Assembly (NCBI GenBank): GCA_043228905.1
Contig: JBHGNT010000218.1
Coordinates: forward strand, 1 to 50,840
From: Azolla caroliniana
Lineage: Eukaryota; Plantae; Polypodiophyta
Direction of reading: 5' to 3'
DNA length: 50,840 bases
Position 1 is the stretch's first letter; every line of letters begins with the position of its first letter. Below the pieces are notes generated by a model. That model did no database searches and was not told the origin of the DNA. It was given only the letters and a program-made list of their open reading frames with translations. The translations under genes and the position numbers were made by a program. This document shows positions 47,570 to 50,840 of the stretch, in pieces.

Positions 47570-50500
47570 TCATCTTTCAGCCTTCTTTAATAGGGTTCCA
47601 AGTGTCTGACTGTGAGTGCGCGGTGGTCGACTCCCTTTCTTGTTTATATCATTCCACACCTTGCTTTTGTTTCCAGCCTCAGCTTTATTTGGATTTTTCT
47701 CTCTTCTTTTAGAATGAGTACCTTCGAGTTCATTCGGGCAACCATTATCACTATCCTCCGAATGCTGAGATGGTCTGTGATAAAGCGGTCCTCGAGAACT
47801 TCGACGACCCGTGGGTGGATGAGTGTCTTTACGTTTTTGGCCTATAGAATGTTGCCCATGCATATCATTATCACTTGTTTTAGGAGGAAACGTAGTAGGT
47901 GTTCCATTAAGCTTATTCTGCTGTTTGGGAGTTGGAACCTCTACTGCTTTATCATCATCAACCACACTGCCAACCTTTGATGCTACCTTTGGGCTCTTGC
48001 CTCTTACATTGTTTTGTAGGTCGCTTTTGAGCTCACTTCTTGGGTCATGACCGAGGACCAGGGAGGATTGATGATCCTCTCTCTTTCTCTCCTGTAATGT
48101 GACCCGCACCCCATCTAGCTTCTTTATATCTTCCTTCTTCAAACCAATTTGCGGTAACAACTTTTCCCTGGAGCTTCTGCACTCCAAAGACTCAATATCT
48201 TTACTTAGACTTAACACTTTGGGTCCCCCCACTATAGCATGCCTAGAGCAGCTACTCGCCCCATTCTCTGTATTGCTAAAAGTTCTATTTACATCATCTT
48301 CCCGATATGTATTCGAGCTCTCCACAGTCTTCTCCTTAGGTGCAAAGCTCAGTAATATTGCAGCAGCAAGGCTATCACTATCAGAAATATCTGGTAGATT
48401 ATCACTCCATTCATCTATGGAAACCTCTTCCTTGCTCTCAATAACCATGGGCTTTACAAAAGGAAGAATGGGAAGATTTTCGTAATCATCAGATGCTGTA
48501 ATAGCAATTGATTTCCTCTTATGAGAGCTTACGCTAGAAGTGTCGTTCACCTGGCTTTCTAGTTCTCTAGAGGGGCATTCTTGATCTTGTTTGATAATGC
48601 AAGGTGTCTCCGTGCTTGTGGACTGCATAGAGACTGCTGTGTGCATTGTCAGCTGACTGCATGAGCTCAAATCTGAAGCTTGACTGACTTTTGCTTGGGC
48701 ATTTTCATCCTTCCTACAACTTCCACTAAGAAGAGCACTTGGTATAATACAATCACCTGAAATGAAAAAGGAAACAAGAAAGTTGATGAGGTGGAGAAAA
48801 GTCTTGAAGGTAGTATTACATTCTGTTATAGTACAATTGGTTGGTATTAACTCCTATTATAGGCTTAAGTTTCCACTTCTGGACTTGGATGTCCACAGCT
48901 TTGATATGTGGTCTTTGAGAATAATAGAAATTAGCAGCACGTTTTAAGAGAAGTATCTTGAAGATATTTGTACAGTCAATCAGTTACTATTAGATCCCAT
49001 AATACGCTGACTCTTGTTTAACTTCTTGAACTTTGAGTCACTGGATCTTTTAAGCCTTGTATCAGGAAGAAATGGTAAAACCTTTGGGGTCCCTAGGTTT
49101 GGATTTCTTTAGTAAGTAATAAAAATACACACTAAATATTTTGCGACAAAAAGAATCAAAATTATCACCCTACATCTGAATAAGAGATTAATGTTTTTCC
49201 CATTTTAGGGTACCCTAGGGGTGCCTGGGTGTGGATCTTCTCTGTATTGTCTTTTTAAGTAATACCAAATCATAAAGAAAAAAAACAAATGCAAAACTAA
49301 TAGACTACATCAGAGGAAGACAATGATGTTTTCCCCATTTTGGCATCTCAACTCATGTCTATCGTGAACCTTACTTTTGGGCTGCAAGCTTTCTCCACAT
49401 TGTTTCACCTCAAGCACATCCCTCATCTGCACCAAATTTGCCACATGATCCTTCCCTTCACAGCTTTTCAAATGTAGATTTGGGTGTACATTATCAACAA
49501 GATTGCGTGGACAACCTCCACAAACTTCAACCCTTCCCTTCGACATAGGAGCCATATCTAGCACACCTTCTGTCCCTTCTAAACTTGTGCTTGGAACTTG
49601 TTCACTATAGCTGTGAGACTTGTTGTTAACTGTCATGCTTCCTTTGTGCATATCCTCCTTGATTGGTATCAGATTGCTTCCTTGACCCGATAGCGGAAGG
49701 CCTTGATTGTCTTCATTGACCAGTTGAAGTGTTCCACTTGTAACACAAGCAATGTTTCCTTCCTTGTGGCATGTGGATTGCTCATTTTTCTCTATCTCAT
49801 CTTCCCGAAGAACGTCCATCTTTGTTTGGTTGACATGTTGAGACTCAGATTTATTTGTTTCAGCAAGCAAACCAGCAGGATTGTGTTCATTGGCTGATAA
49901 GTCTTCTTCTGTGCTTGCACCATGTTGTGCTGCACAGGAAGAAGAATCCGAAGTATGGCCTACAATGAGAGAATTTACTTCTTCCTTGGTAATTTTTAAA
50001 GAGAGATCTTCCTTCATATTTTTTGATATCAGATCTTTCTGGATATGTGATGCTGGCGCCATATGCGCTGCCAAAACATTTGGTTGCAAAGATGCTGCTA
50101 ATGCTACAATATCAGCCTCTTCTTCATGTATCAATTCTTTCCCCTTTACTTCTTCTCTCTGGATGCAACGTTTCTTCTCTTGACAATTTGGCAGATCCTG
50201 AGTGGAATCCTTCTTGGAGCAGTCAGATGGCTTTCTTTGACAAGCCTTTTCCTTCAGCTGGCCATCAGGTGAAACTAACTTCAAATCAATCCCATCAGCC
50301 TCGTCCTTCAATATAAGCTTTGAAGGCTTCTTGGAAGGGAACTTTTGAATTATTTGTGTAGAGCTAGGATAATAATTTCCAATGCCTGACATGTTCCAAG
50401 GACCTTTTCCTTCGTTTTGACTAATCGGTAAACCACCCACCTGGAGTCCAATTTGTGATGCATCACTAGCGTGAGCGCCATAGATCCCCTGTAGATATAA

Positions 50501-50840
50501 CCCTCCATGTGTATTATTTTGTGATGGTTGCAACCATGATGTCTGGTTTACATTTGTAAAAGGTTGTCCAAACATGGATTGTGGCTGGTAATGCTGAAAT
50601 TGCATAACCGAATTCTCCTGATACCAAATATTCCTTTCCGGCTCTTTATGTTTTCCTTTTGACTCCCCAGCAGGGACTAGACCAGAAAATTGGCTTCCTG
50701 GTAAACAAGTTTCCGATGTGAAAGATAATAATGGTTTCTTTGGTGTTTCTAGTGAATTAGCTAATTGCCCAACTAAACCTGCCGATGGTTTTATCCAGTT
50801 TCCAACAGAATTTGAGGTAGCTTCTGTAGGTAACTGTCTT
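47570..50840 (-). CDS. Large low-complexity/disordered protein, 5' part outside window; last exons >50840-49375 and 48756-47570
   Basis: Two long stop-free frames joined by a phase-1 GT-AG intron (GTAAG donor at 49374, TTTCAG acceptor at 48757); S/K/E/Q-rich with basic clusters; no domain recognised. Confidence 0.75.

Overview
Gene-dense, AT-rich, intron-containing land-plant nuclear DNA. Fern-like origin is my inference from the PLS-PPR style and the RTEX-like LINEs. I can support ten protein-coding genes: prefoldin-5, a SpoU RNA methyltransferase, CER16-like, LPAT4/5-like acyltransferase, PTST1-like (CBM48), two intronless PLS-class PPR genes, a farnesylated type-I DnaJ, a small conserved membrane protein and a 5'-truncated large low-complexity protein. 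Repeats include one well-preserved RTEX-like LINE fragment, several decayed copies and 3'-end relics of that family (hairpin plus (TTTC)n tail), a hAT-type MITE with an 8-bp TSD, tRNA-like SINE heads, microsatellites and degenerate minisatellites. The most notable observations are a triple ERSE/UPRE array in the LPAT promoter, a LINE capped by an inverted 3' terminus, a GC-AG intron in PTST1 and a tandem duplication that creates a decoy splice acceptor. Exon coordinates were read by eye and may be off by a few bases. No prokaryotic-type system (CRISPR etc.) is present.
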